In this document: in pieces, positions 28,961 to 38,330 of the stretch
How positions within the stretch are numbered: the stretch's first letter is position 1
How the letters are laid out: every line of letters begins with the position of its first letter
Assembly: GCA_964617825.1 (NCBI GenBank)
Contig: CAZTWL010000009.1
Span: forward strand, 11,011-75,010
Length of the DNA stretch: 64,000 bases
Source of the DNA: an uncultured Verrucomicrobiota bacterium
GTDB taxonomy: Bacteria > Verrucomicrobiota > Kiritimatiellia > JAAZAB01
Direction of reading: 5' to 3'
Translations under genes and position numbers: made by a program
Notes under the pieces: model-generated
Database searches by the model: none
Told to the model about the DNA's origin: nothing
What the model saw: the letters and a program-made list of their open reading frames with translations, nothing else

Positions 28961-30217
28961 ATGACCTTACACGATGAAATCGCGGCGATGGGACAGCGGG
29001 CCTTGGCCGCATCGCGCGCATTGGCGCTCCTGAGTAGCCGCCGCAAAAACGGCATCCTGCAGGCAATGGCCGACCAGCTCATCGCCGACAAACCGAGCAT
29101 TCAACAGGCGAATGCGGCGGACATGGAAGCCGGGCGGCAGGCAGGACTTTCAGCCGCCATGTTGGACCGTTTGCAGTTGACCGGAGCGCGGATCGATGCC
29201 ATGGCGCAGGGTTTGCGGGATGTGGCCGCCCTGCCCGATCCGGTCGGCCGCCCAATCCGCCGCTGGACACGGCCCAACGGGCTGCAGATTGTCAAACGCC
29301 GGGTCCCGATCGGCGTGATCGGCATAATTTACGAGTCGCGTCCCAACGTGACGGCCGATGCCGCAGCGCTTTGCTTCAAAACATCCAACGCCGTTATTTT
29401 GCGCGGCGGCAAGGAAGCCGTGCGTTCCAACGGCGCGATTGTGCGCTCCATGACAACCGGCGGACGGCTCCAAAGCTTGCCGGAGAATGCGATCCAGTTG
29501 ATTCAGACGACCGACCACACCGCCATCCGCGAGCTGGTGCAATTGGAAGGATTGGTGGACCTGATCATTCCCCGCGGCGGCGAAACCCTGATCCGGGCGG
29601 TCATGGAAAACGCCCGCGTGCCGGTCATCAAGCATTACAAGGGAGTTTGCCACGTATTTGTGGACCAGAGCGCCGATCCCGACATGGCATTGGACATCAT
29701 CGAAAACGCCAAATGCCAGCGTCCTGGAGTTTGCAATGCCATCGAAAAAGTATTGCTGCACGAAGCCATCGCCACCGAATTCCTGCCGCGCCTGATCCAG
29801 AGGCTCCAGGCGCACAACGTGGAACTGCGCGGCGATGAAGCAGCGCGGCGGATCGTTCCCGCCATGAAACCGGCAACGGAATCGGATTGGACCGCGGAAT
29901 ACCTGGACTTGATCCTGGCCGTCCGCATTGTGCCCTCGGTCAAGGCGGCGGCGGAGCACATTAACCGTTACGGATCGCATCATTCCGACGCTATCGTGGC
30001 CGCCTCAGCTGCGGCCCAGAAGGCTTTCGCCGAGGCTGTCGACTCCGCCACTGTATATGTAAACGCCTCAACTCGTTTTACCGACGGAGGGGAATTCGGC
30101 ATGGGCGCTGAAATCGGCATCAGCACCGACAAGTTGCATGCGCGCGGCCCAATGGGGCTGGAAGAACTCACCACGTATAAATACGTGATCCGCGGAACGG
30201 GCCAAATCCGCAAGTAA
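28961..30217 (+). CDS. proA: gamma-glutamyl phosphate reductase
   Basis: 418 aa. The aldehyde-dehydrogenase-fold catalytic Cys is present in a CNAIEKVL-like context. It lies immediately downstream of proB. Confidence 0.9.
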   Translation: MTLHDEIAAMGQRALAASRALALLSSRRKNGILQAMADQLIADKPSIQQANAADMEAGRQAGLSAAMLDRLQLTGARIDAMAQGLRDVAALPDPVGRPIRRWTRPNGLQIVKRRVPIGVIGIIYESRPNVTADAAALCFKTSNAVILRGGKEAVRSNGAIVRSMTTGGRLQSLPENAIQLIQTTDHTAIRELVQLEGLVDLIIPRGGETLIRAVMENARVPVIKHYKGVCHVFVDQSADPDMALDIIENAKCQRPGVCNAIEKVLLHEAIATEFLPRLIQRLQAHNVELRGDEAARRIVPAMKPATESDWTAEYLDLILAVRIVPSVKAAAEHINRYGSHHSDAIVAASAAAQKAFAEAVDSATVYVNASTRFTDGGEFGMGAEIGISTDKLHARGPMGLEELTTYKYVIRGTGQIRK

Positions 30218-30312
30218 TCGAACCCCTGGCGATCGGCTCGCTGCCCTTGCGCAAGCTATTCCCGGCATTGCCCGGCTATCTGCGCTTCACTTGACTGCAG
30301 GGATTCGCTCGA

Positions 30313-31113
30313 TTATTTCAGCGAAGGGGTCTTGACCTTGGGCTTGGCCGCGGGGGCGGATACCTCCGCGGGGGCGGAAATAACCACCGTGGTTGAATCA
30401 TCTGCCGGAGAGGATATGGCCGGGGCGGTAACCTTCTCAGGGGCAGACACCTTTTTCGGGACAGCTTCCGCCTCAGGGTCAGACACCTTCGCCGGAGTTT
30501 CGATAATCACGGCGGGAGGTTCATCGCCTTTGTTCTGCTTGAACTCCTTGGTTGCCACCGGCAATTTTGAGCGCGGAATATCGTAGGGATTGAATTCCCG
30601 GATAGGCGTGTTGACATCCGTCAGTGTCAGATCATAGCGCTTGGCCAGCCACTTCCACTCGCGTTCGGTAAAATTGAACAACGGATCGAGGCCGTTAATC
30701 AGATCGGCAACGGCCAAGGTTTTGAACCTCGTCACATCGGCGCCCCAAGCCGCTTCATCTTCCAGCATTGCCGGCAACATGTTTTCGCCGCCGATCAGGA
30801 CAACTTTGCGCGGCCATTCCGATACGAAACGCCGCTCGCGAAAATCGTCAGGGCTGACATATTGCCATGCGTCTTTCGTCCAGAGAAACAAAAGCGGATC
30901 CGCCGCACGGGCATTACCACGGCAGGAGAGCACGACCACCGGACGCATCCCCGCCAGATCCAGGGCAAATTGCACCATACGCTGGCGTGCCGGCACGATC
31001 ACAAGCGTGGTTTCCTGATTGCGGATGGCCCTGGCCAGCGCCGGAGATCCGGCCACTTCCAAGCCGACGAGCAAACCTAAACATGCCAGCACCCGATATA
31101 CATGACGGACCAT
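30313..31113 (-). CDS. secreted hypothetical protein with a Pro/Ala/Glu-rich low-complexity C-terminal tail
   Basis: The start was chosen at ATG 31113, which has a perfect GAGGAGG Shine-Dalgarno 6 nt upstream. A signal peptide follows. No known domain was recognised. Confidence 0.55.
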   Translation of the reverse strand: MVRHVYRVLACLGLLVGLEVAGSPALARAIRNQETTLVIVPARQRMVQFALDLAGMRPVVVLSCRGNARAADPLLFLWTKDAWQYVSPDDFRERRFVSEWPRKVVLIGGENMLPAMLEDEAAWGADVTRFKTLAVADLINGLDPLFNFTEREWKWLAKRYDLTLTDVNTPIREFNPYDIPRSKLPVATKEFKQNKGDEPPAVIIETPAKVSDPEAEAVPKKVSAPEKVTAPAISSPADDSTTVVISAPAEVSAPAAKPKVKTPSLK

Positions 31114-31353
31114 GGGACACCTCCTCATTGAAACTATTTATAAATTACAGCAGACAAAACCACGTGCTGATCTCAGAATTAAATTTATTCTAATCAAGCC
31201 CCGTCGGGAAAGCAATAAAGATTTCCGCATACCGGCAACAGCCACCATAAGATAAAATGCAAGGCGGTGGCGCCGCGCGAGTTACCATTTCCCACCCAGC
31301 TTGGCCGCATCATCGTGGTTTCCGCGCGGTTACGCCCCGATCCGCACTCGGTT

Positions 31354-32715
31354 TCAGGCAATGCGTTCCAGTAAGCGGATATCCCCGGCGGGAATGCCGA
31401 TGACATTCACAGTTTCACCAGTTTCCCGATTGCGCCAAGCATGAGCAAGCGGCGCCGTGATCGGCGCATCGCCAAGATTGGAAATGACCAGATACTGCCG
31501 CTCATTGGTAAACATGGAGACCAGGGTGTCCTTGGGCAAAGGCTGCCGAAACAGCCCCGTATCCTCCAGGCAGATGTGAACGATGCTGCCCTCAACCACC
31601 ATCGGGCGATAAAGCGCCAGGAACATGCTCCAGCGGTCGAGATAGGCGGGATCGTCAGGAATGCTCGACCAGTGACTGTAAACATAGGGGCCGTTGGGAT
31701 GGGCGCGAGTATAATCGCGGATCTTCAGCAAGTGGGCATAGGAGGAACTTTTTTTATTGAATTTCACTCCCGGCGCATCGGCGCCTTCACCCTTCCAGGG
31801 ACGTCCGTGAGGCAGCAGCGGAAATTGCATGAACGGAATTGACAGGGCAAAAAACATTCGCGGCATCGATTCGTTAAAAAAGGTCTTGTCGGGGCAAGGC
31901 ACAATATACAGCGGCGCATCCCGGTAAATCATCAGGGTTTTCGGATCGCGCACGGCTTCGCCGATCCAAAGATAATCGTAGACCCGCTGGCGGTACGCTC
32001 CGAACGTGCTGTCGTCATGCAGTTTGCAGATGCCGCCGCGGGCATGAATACCCTCGTAGAGCAGGCAGAGCAGGTCCTCGATCTCCGGGTCATAGGGCAA
32101 ATTCGTCCGATCGAAAACCTCGCCACGATCCCGGGCAGTCTGCATGGCCAGATTCAGGCCGTCGTAGCCCCAGTCATTGTAAATACCGTCGAAACCGTAA
32201 GTATCCATGACCTCGAAGGTTTTGCGCAAAATGAATTCCCGCCATGCGGCGCTGCCCGCTGATCCCTTGCGATAATACTTGTACGACCCGCTCCAGGAGG
32301 CATCCGTCAGGGAAAATTCCGGCCGGTAGGCAGGGTCGCCCGGCTGCAAATAGCCGGAGGATACATAGGGGATGACCTTGATGCCGCAACCATGGCACAG
32401 ATCCACAAATTTATGCAGGCCCTCGGGATCTGGCGTGCTGTATTTGTCCGCCCCGTGGAGGCGCATGGCATCGTTCCATTCCTCGTGCAATTGGATGAGC
32501 TGCACACCGCGCTGGGCGAGGCTTGCAATCAGCCGATGATCGTATTCCGTCGGCATGGCCGAAACACGCGCAGGCTCATCGCCCAGGTTATAGGTTACCT
32601 GCCCCGGCAAATAATTGCGCACCCGTTCGGTGCGGTAACAGCCGGCGGCATATTTTTGGGCAAAGCGGATGTTCTCCAATCTTGTCTGCTGCGCTGCGAG
32701 TGAATATTTTTCCAT
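31354..32715 (-). CDS. putative glycoside-hydrolase-like TIM-barrel protein (uncharacterised family); paralog of the core of the gene at 20952..23396
   Basis: ATG 32715 with an AAGGAG upstream. The conserved HEEWND and DGIYNDWGYDG blocks are present. Confidence 0.65.
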   Translation of the reverse strand: MEKYSLAAQQTRLENIRFAQKYAAGCYRTERVRNYLPGQVTYNLGDEPARVSAMPTEYDHRLIASLAQRGVQLIQLHEEWNDAMRLHGADKYSTPDPEGLHKFVDLCHGCGIKVIPYVSSGYLQPGDPAYRPEFSLTDASWSGSYKYYRKGSAGSAAWREFILRKTFEVMDTYGFDGIYNDWGYDGLNLAMQTARDRGEVFDRTNLPYDPEIEDLLCLLYEGIHARGGICKLHDDSTFGAYRQRVYDYLWIGEAVRDPKTLMIYRDAPLYIVPCPDKTFFNESMPRMFFALSIPFMQFPLLPHGRPWKGEGADAPGVKFNKKSSSYAHLLKIRDYTRAHPNGPYVYSHWSSIPDDPAYLDRWSMFLALYRPMVVEGSIVHICLEDTGLFRQPLPKDTLVSMFTNERQYLVISNLGDAPITAPLAHAWRNRETGETVNVIGIPAGDIRLLERIA

Positions 32716-32851
32716 TTTCCGGCACACTCCTTGGTAACAAACGTTCAAGGTCGCGCGAAGACCGGCACCGGCCGGCCCCATCCGATCGACATTATAATTA
32801 TCTCGGGAAACCCGCCCGCGGACGATTTCTTTTTTGCCTCCCGGCCAAGAC

Positions 32852-33781
32852 TTAGCACCGGATCATGCGCAGGAACTGGCGGGTGCGCGCTTCGATATCG
32901 GCACGCCGAATCGCCTGCAATTTTTCCAGGCTGAAAGACTCCACGGCAAAGGACGCCACCATGGTGCCATAGATCATGGCGCGCCGGACTGTTGCCGGCG
33001 TAATCCTCCCCGTGCGCGCCAACACTCCCATCAGCCCGCCGGCAAAGGCATCGCCGGCGCCGGTCGGATCGTTAACCTCGTCCACCGGGTAAGCCGGCAC
33101 CAGGGTCAGACCATGTTTGGAAAACAACAAGCTGCCGTGCTCGCCTTTTTTAACGACAACATACCGCGGGCCCATCTCCAGCACGCGCCGCGCCGCCTGG
33201 ATCAAATGCTCCTCACCCGTCAATTCGCGCGCCTCGGAATCGTTAAGCAGGAGCATATCCACCCGGCGAATAACCTTCAAAAGCGCGGGACGCGCGGACT
33301 TAATCCACAAATCCATGGTGTCGGCGGCCACGAAACGAAGCGCATGCATTTGCGTCAGCACCCGGAACTGAAGTTCCGGGGCAATGTTGGCCAGAAAGAG
33401 AAACGGGCTTTCGCGGTAGGCCGGCGGCAGGTCGGGCGCGAAATCGGCAAAGACATTCAGATCCGTGGAAAGCGTGCGCCGGTTGTTCATGTTGCGTTCA
33501 TAAACGCCCGACCAGCGAAACGTCTTGCCATCGGCCGACTGCAATCCCTGTTGGTCGATATCCAAGGCCCGGAAGGCTGACCGGTGGCGCTCAGGGAAAT
33601 CTTTGCCCACAACGCCCACCATGCCCGAGCGTGTAAAAAAAGACGCGGCGGCACACGCGTAGCTGACCGATCCCCCCAATATTTCGCGGCGCATCGCGGT
33701 CGGCGTTTTGATTGTATCCAACCCGATGGAACCTACCACGACCAGATTAACCGCATCGTTTCCTCGGCGTATTTTCGGCAT
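32852..33781 (-). CDS. PfkB-family carbohydrate kinase
   Basis: DPTGAGDAF anion-hole motif. An N-terminal GG motif is present. ATG 33781. Confidence 0.8.
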   Translation of the reverse strand: MPKIRRGNDAVNLVVVGSIGLDTIKTPTAMRREILGGSVSYACAAASFFTRSGMVGVVGKDFPERHRSAFRALDIDQQGLQSADGKTFRWSGVYERNMNNRRTLSTDLNVFADFAPDLPPAYRESPFLFLANIAPELQFRVLTQMHALRFVAADTMDLWIKSARPALLKVIRRVDMLLLNDSEARELTGEEHLIQAARRVLEMGPRYVVVKKGEHGSLLFSKHGLTLVPAYPVDEVNDPTGAGDAFAGGLMGVLARTGRITPATVRRAMIYGTMVASFAVESFSLEKLQAIRRADIEARTRQFLRMIRC

Positions 33782-34013
33782 AAGGCCAGTCTCCCCATAT
33801 GATCGATCGTCTTTGCCCGTCCACAACAGGCATGTCCGGGCGTTCGTCCACGCCAGCATTGTGGGAGTCGGGAACCGGAAGTCAAATATTTTGTTCGTGC
33901 ACAAAAACGACACTGTGGTATTATTAAACAAATTTTGTCGGCATTCTATATCGTTGGCTTGATTGGCGGCAGCGAACGTATGGGCGCCCCGGACGGGTGC
34001 GGAAAGTTTTAAT

Positions 34014-36239
34014 ATGACCGAAGCTAATAAGACAGCCATCGAGGCTGAACGGGTCCCGGAAATTGGCTGCGCCAGTTGCCACAAACTATTGGATGTATCG
34101 CACCTGCCTTTTTTTTCAGAGGTCAAGTGTCCCGACTGCGGCATGGTCCAGATTGTTCCGGCGCGGTTCGGCGGCTTCCTGTTGATCGGCCGGCTCGGGT
34201 CCGGCGGCATGGGCGTGATTTACCACGCCATGGATAAGGATCTGGGGCGCCATGTGGCCTTGAAGGTCATGAAACGCGAATTGAGCGCCAACCATGAATT
34301 CGTGCAATCCTTCAAACACGAAGCCCAGGCCGCCGCCGCCTTGAATCACCCTAACGTCGTTCAGATCTATTCTTTCGGCCAGGTGGAGAACCAATTCTAC
34401 ATCGCCATGGAACTGGTTAGCGGCGGACGCCTGGACGAGATGATTGGCGACGGCGTGGCGCTGGAGGAAACTCGGGCACTGGAAATCCATTTACAGGTGG
34501 TTGCCGGCCTGCGCGCCGCAAGCGATGTGGGCCTGGTGCATGGCGACATCAAGCCGGCCAACATCCTGTTCGGCCAGAACGGGGAAGCCAAGGTCCTGGA
34601 TTTCGGTCTGGCCAGCTATATCGGCCAGCAACAACAGGGTGGCGCCGTATGGGGCACGCCCTACTACATTGCCCCCGAAAAAGCCCGCGGCAAACGCGTC
34701 GATTTCCGGTCGGATATTTACAGCCTGGGCGCCACCCTCTTCCACGTTCTGGCCGGCCAGCCCCCATTTGACGGCGAAACCTCCACCGACGTGGTCATGG
34801 CGCGGCTCAATCAGCCGGCGCCCAACCTGCTGGAGATTAAACCCGATCTGCATCCCGAAACGGCCGGCATGGTGGCACGCATGCTGGAAGCGGATCCGAC
34901 CATGCGGCATCCTTCATATCCCGCCCTGCAGATCGACATGGAAACGGCCCTGGCGGCTTCTCGAAAACCTCTGAAAAAAAGCGCCACGTCCAAGACCTTG
35001 CTGGAATCCGCGATCCTGCACAAACCCAAGTTCAGCCGGAAATTTCTGATTCGCGGCGGCATCGGACTGGCAGCGGCCATCGCCATTGCCGCAATCGCGG
35101 TCGGCAACTATGCCTACAACCGGAAACAAGCAAGCATCGCGGCGGCGGCCGCCGAACTTAAACAGATCGAAGAATTCCGGGAAAAGGGCGATGCTGCCAT
35201 CGAACACATCAATGCAAAGGCCTCCGTAATTATCAAGAAGGGCGAGCCGGTGCCATCGCTGGCGGAGCGCATCAACAAGATTGCCGCGGCAAATTCGAAC
35301 TTGAACACGGCGGCGGCGCGCGCGGCGCTGGAAATCGACAAGGCATTTGAAATTCTCAATGACACGGACGACACCCTGGCCATGGCCGATGTTGCTAGCC
35401 AGCAATTGCATGCGGCAACGAACCTGGTCGCCGTCCAGGAATCGTCCAGCCTGCTGGAAGCTTACGACAACGCCCTGATCGAATGGCTCGATGGCGTTGA
35501 AACCGCCAAGGCCAGCGCCGAAAAGATCTTGACCGAAGCCAGCTCGATCCTTGCCAAGGCATCCGAGGCCGCCAGGCAAGCGCGCGAAGCCGCGGCCAGG
35601 GAAGCCGCCCGCGAAAAAGCCGCCAAGGCCGCGGAACTGCAGGCCAAGAAACAGGCCCAGGAAGCCGAGCGCCTGCGCCCCAAACTGATTCAACTGGAAC
35701 TGGACATGGTCGACAGGGCGCGCGGCGCCAATGTCCCGCTGATCGCACAACGTAAATTCGAGAATGCCGCGCAGAACATCGCCAAGATCAAACGCAATAT
35801 GACCCAGCCGGAAACGCAAGCTTATTTGAAAAACGTGCAGGATGCTTATGAGTCCATGGCCAAGCTGAAAGCGTTCGTGATCGCCTCCATTAAAAAGACG
35901 CCCTACCGCAACGGCTGGACCTCCAGCAACATACCGCGCGACATCATGAAAGCCGATGAGATCCATGGCGTGACGATCACCCTCGGCAAGGCCGGCTCCA
36001 TGAATATCCCCTGGGAACAAGTGACCACGGGACAACTGGTAAAAATCGCCAACTACTACATAGGCACATCCGGGATGACCGACGAGGCGCGCGGCGAAAT
36101 GGTGCTGGCGATGGCCTTGTTCTGCTACGAAAGCGCAGTTTTTAAAACGGCCGACACTTATGCCGCTTCTGCCTGTCAGCTCAATCCGGCGCTTAAAACC
36201 GATGCCCAGCGCATGATGCCGGGATTCGCAACCGAATGA
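34014..36239 (+). CDS. membrane Ser/Thr protein kinase (non-RD type) with an N-terminal zinc ribbon and a long extracytoplasmic Ala-rich coiled-coil domain
   Basis: Zinc ribbon CASCH..CPDC. Kinase motifs GRLGSGGMG, VALKVM, HGDIKPANILF (HGD rather than HRD), DFGLA and YIAPE. One TM helix is followed by ~380 aa of coiled coil. Confidence 0.85.
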   Translation: MTEANKTAIEAERVPEIGCASCHKLLDVSHLPFFSEVKCPDCGMVQIVPARFGGFLLIGRLGSGGMGVIYHAMDKDLGRHVALKVMKRELSANHEFVQSFKHEAQAAAALNHPNVVQIYSFGQVENQFYIAMELVSGGRLDEMIGDGVALEETRALEIHLQVVAGLRAASDVGLVHGDIKPANILFGQNGEAKVLDFGLASYIGQQQQGGAVWGTPYYIAPEKARGKRVDFRSDIYSLGATLFHVLAGQPPFDGETSTDVVMARLNQPAPNLLEIKPDLHPETAGMVARMLEADPTMRHPSYPALQIDMETALAASRKPLKKSATSKTLLESAILHKPKFSRKFLIRGGIGLAAAIAIAAIAVGNYAYNRKQASIAAAAAELKQIEEFREKGDAAIEHINAKASVIIKKGEPVPSLAERINKIAAANSNLNTAAARAALEIDKAFEILNDTDDTLAMADVASQQLHAATNLVAVQESSSLLEAYDNALIEWLDGVETAKASAEKILTEASSILAKASEAARQAREAAAREAAREKAAKAAELQAKKQAQEAERLRPKLIQLELDMVDRARGANVPLIAQRKFENAAQNIAKIKRNMTQPETQAYLKNVQDAYESMAKLKAFVIASIKKTPYRNGWTSSNIPRDIMKADEIHGVTITLGKAGSMNIPWEQVTTGQLVKIANYYIGTSGMTDEARGEMVLAMALFCYESAVFKTADTYAASACQLNPALKTDAQRMMPGFATE

Positions 36240-36455
36240 GGCGTTCAAGTCTGGCAAGTTTGCGCCCGACCCAAGTTGTCCGGCGCGGATTGTCTTGCAA
36301 GTCTTTCATTATGCCGTAGCGGTTAGGCCATCGCAGATTTACGCCTTTGCAGGCGCGGCTAAAAAACATAATTTCGGAAACATCAAGAAACCGAGGCTTT
36401 TTCGCAAAATCCGGGCACGACCGAAGACAACAAACCAAAACACTGGAGACCGAAA

Positions 36456-36866
36456 TTGAACCAGCTCGAAGAAGGCGCAGAACTCAAATTGGATTTTACA
36501 AAATTAGCACGGGCAACGGCAACTAGCCCGGGAATCATCCCTGTTGCCATCCAGCATGCCGATACCGGCGAGGTAATTTTAGTGGCCTATACCAACGAGC
36601 AGGCATTTAAGCTGGCAATGCAGACGCGCAGTCTCATCCTCTGGAGCACCTCGCGCAACGCACTCTGGGAAAAAGGCAAGACATCTGGGGAAACATTCGA
36701 TCTCGTGGAAGCGCGCGTAAACTGCGAACAGAACTCGCTGCTTTACCGCGTCCGCCCGCGGCGCAATGGCATCTGTCACACTCGCAACCGCAGCAACCAA
36801 CCGCGCAACTGTTTTTATCGACGAATTTGCCCGGACACGCTGTCGTTGGAAAACCTGGACCCTTGA
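36456..36866 (+). CDS. hisI: phosphoribosyl-AMP cyclohydrolase
   Basis: GIIPVAIQHADTGEVILVAYTNEQA...WSTSRNALWEKGKTSGE...ICHT..CFYR. The start is TTG, preceded by a GGAGA ribosome-binding site. Confidence 0.75.
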   Translation: MNQLEEGAELKLDFTKLARATATSPGIIPVAIQHADTGEVILVAYTNEQAFKLAMQTRSLILWSTSRNALWEKGKTSGETFDLVEARVNCEQNSLLYRVRPRRNGICHTRNRSNQPRNCFYRRICPDTLSLENLDP

Positions 36867-36916
36867 ATCGCGGCCTCTAGCAGCTATCCCGATGCAAAAT
36901 ATATTGTTTTTTTTGA

Positions 36917-36945
36917 TTGACTCATACAGCCTTTTTCAAGATATT
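36917..36945 (+). promoter_or_regulatory. candidate sigma70-like promoter for the HU gene (TTGACT - 17 nt - GATATT)
   Basis: Canonical -35 hexamer and 17-nt spacing in an AT-rich intergenic region. It lies ~120 nt upstream of ATG 37066. Confidence 0.35.
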
Positions 36946-37065
36946 AGTTCAGTGTCAAACCTGTGAACTCCATTCATGGGGACAATGCAGGGCAAGTATG
37001 TCAGGCCTGGGTGCAAAGCGTCCAGGGAAACGTGCGGTAAACCACAATAGTAGGAGGACAGTGTA

Positions 37066-37347
37066 ATGGCCAAGTCAAAAACGAAGAGCGAGATCATTGC
37101 TGGCATCGCCGAAGCTACGGAAATCACCAAGAAGCAGGCCGGACTGGCCCTGGAAGAGCTGGTAAAGATGGCTTACAAGGGCGCCAAGGATGCATTCACG
37201 ATTCCTGGCTTGGGCAAGCTCGTTCTTGTGCAGCGCAAAGCGCGTGTTGGCCGCAATCCGGCGACCGGCGCTACCATTAATATTCCTGCAAAGAAAGTGG
37301 TCAAGTTCCGTGTGGCCAAGGCCGCCAAGGAAGCTATCCTGAAATAA
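37066..37347 (+). CDS. hup: HU/IHF-family nucleoid-associated DNA-binding protein
   Basis: 93 aa. GLGKLVLVQRKARVGRNPATG beta-arm. RBS GTAGGAGGA. Confidence 0.9.
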   Translation: MAKSKTKSEIIAGIAEATEITKKQAGLALEELVKMAYKGAKDAFTIPGLGKLVLVQRKARVGRNPATGATINIPAKKVVKFRVAKAAKEAILK

Positions 37348-37367
37348 CTTGTTTGGCATCAAGAAAA

Positions 37368-37401
37368 AAGACCGGGGTTTTATCACCCCGGTCTTTTTTT
37401 T
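37368..37401 (+). terminator. strong Rho-independent terminator (AAGACCGGGG-loop-CCCCGGTCTT followed by T8)
   Basis: A perfect 10-bp stem with a T-run, 20 nt after the HU stop codon. Confidence 0.85.
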
Positions 37402-37433
37402 CCCATTGCAACCGATTGATCTGCTTTCCTGCC

Positions 37434-38246
37434 ATGAAACAACATTTTTGGAAAATGCATGGCGCCGGCAACGACTTCATCCTCCTGGATGACCGGGAAG
37501 GGCATTTCCCCTGCGCAGATGCGGCGCTTGTCCGGCGCCTGTGCGACCGGCATGCCGGCATTGGCAGCGAAGGATTGTTGCTGGTGCAACCTTCCTCACG
37601 CGGCGATTTCCGCATGCGTTTTTTTAACCCGGACGGGTCTGAGGTTGGCATGTGCGGGAACGGCTCCCGCTGCATTGCACGTCTGGCCCATGACCTTGGC
37701 GCCGCCCCCGCCAACATGCACATTGAAACCGCCTCCGGCATGCTGGCCGCGGAAGTCCTTGATGATCTCGTGCGTCTGCACCTACCCGACCCGCATGACT
37801 GCCGCTGTAACCTGTCCCTTGACTGGGAAGGCCAAACCATCCGTTATCATGTCATCAATACGGGTGTGCCGCATGCCGTGGTTGAGACGCCACCTCAGGT
37901 CCTGGAAAAACTGGATGTCTGCCGTCTCGGCGCTGCAATACGCCATCACGCCGCCTTCGCTCCCCGGGGGACCAATGCCGACTTCATGGCCATTACCGGG
38001 CCGCAGGCTTTGCGCGTGCGCACCTACGAACGGGGGGTGGAAGCCGAAACGCCGGCCTGCGGCACGGGAATCACGGCCTGCGCCCTGATCGCCGGGCGCC
38101 TCGGACTGGTTACGCCGCCAGTGCACGTGACCTGTCAACACGGCGACACCTTGGAAGTCAGTTACCGGCAGACCGACAACGGATTTACAGCCGTTACGCT
38201 GCTGGGCCCCGCCTCCTATGCGTTTGAAGGCACGGTTGAAATCTGA
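37434..38246 (+). CDS. dapF: diaminopimelate epimerase
   Basis: FWKMHGAGNDFILLDD at the N-terminus. Catalytic cysteines are present in GNGSRC and ACGTG contexts. Confidence 0.9.
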   Translation: MKQHFWKMHGAGNDFILLDDREGHFPCADAALVRRLCDRHAGIGSEGLLLVQPSSRGDFRMRFFNPDGSEVGMCGNGSRCIARLAHDLGAAPANMHIETASGMLAAEVLDDLVRLHLPDPHDCRCNLSLDWEGQTIRYHVINTGVPHAVVETPPQVLEKLDVCRLGAAIRHHAAFAPRGTNADFMAITGPQALRVRTYERGVEAETPACGTGITACALIAGRLGLVTPPVHVTCQHGDTLEVSYRQTDNGFTAVTLLGPASYAFEGTVEI

Positions 38247-38330
38247 TTAAGACCGGCTGTTACCTGAAGACCTGCTTGGCAACGGCCGCTCACCGATGGG
38301 GAAAAACCAGAGCAAGGCAAAAAGGACTTT

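Noticed and set aside
34914-36257. 447-aa minus-strand ORF antisense to the Ser/Thr kinase coiled-coil region (also 21027..22892, 38296..39573 and 61219..62859 antisense to other genes)
   Set aside because: These are shadow ORFs opposite well-supported genes, with repetitive Gly/Arg/Ala composition and no start context.
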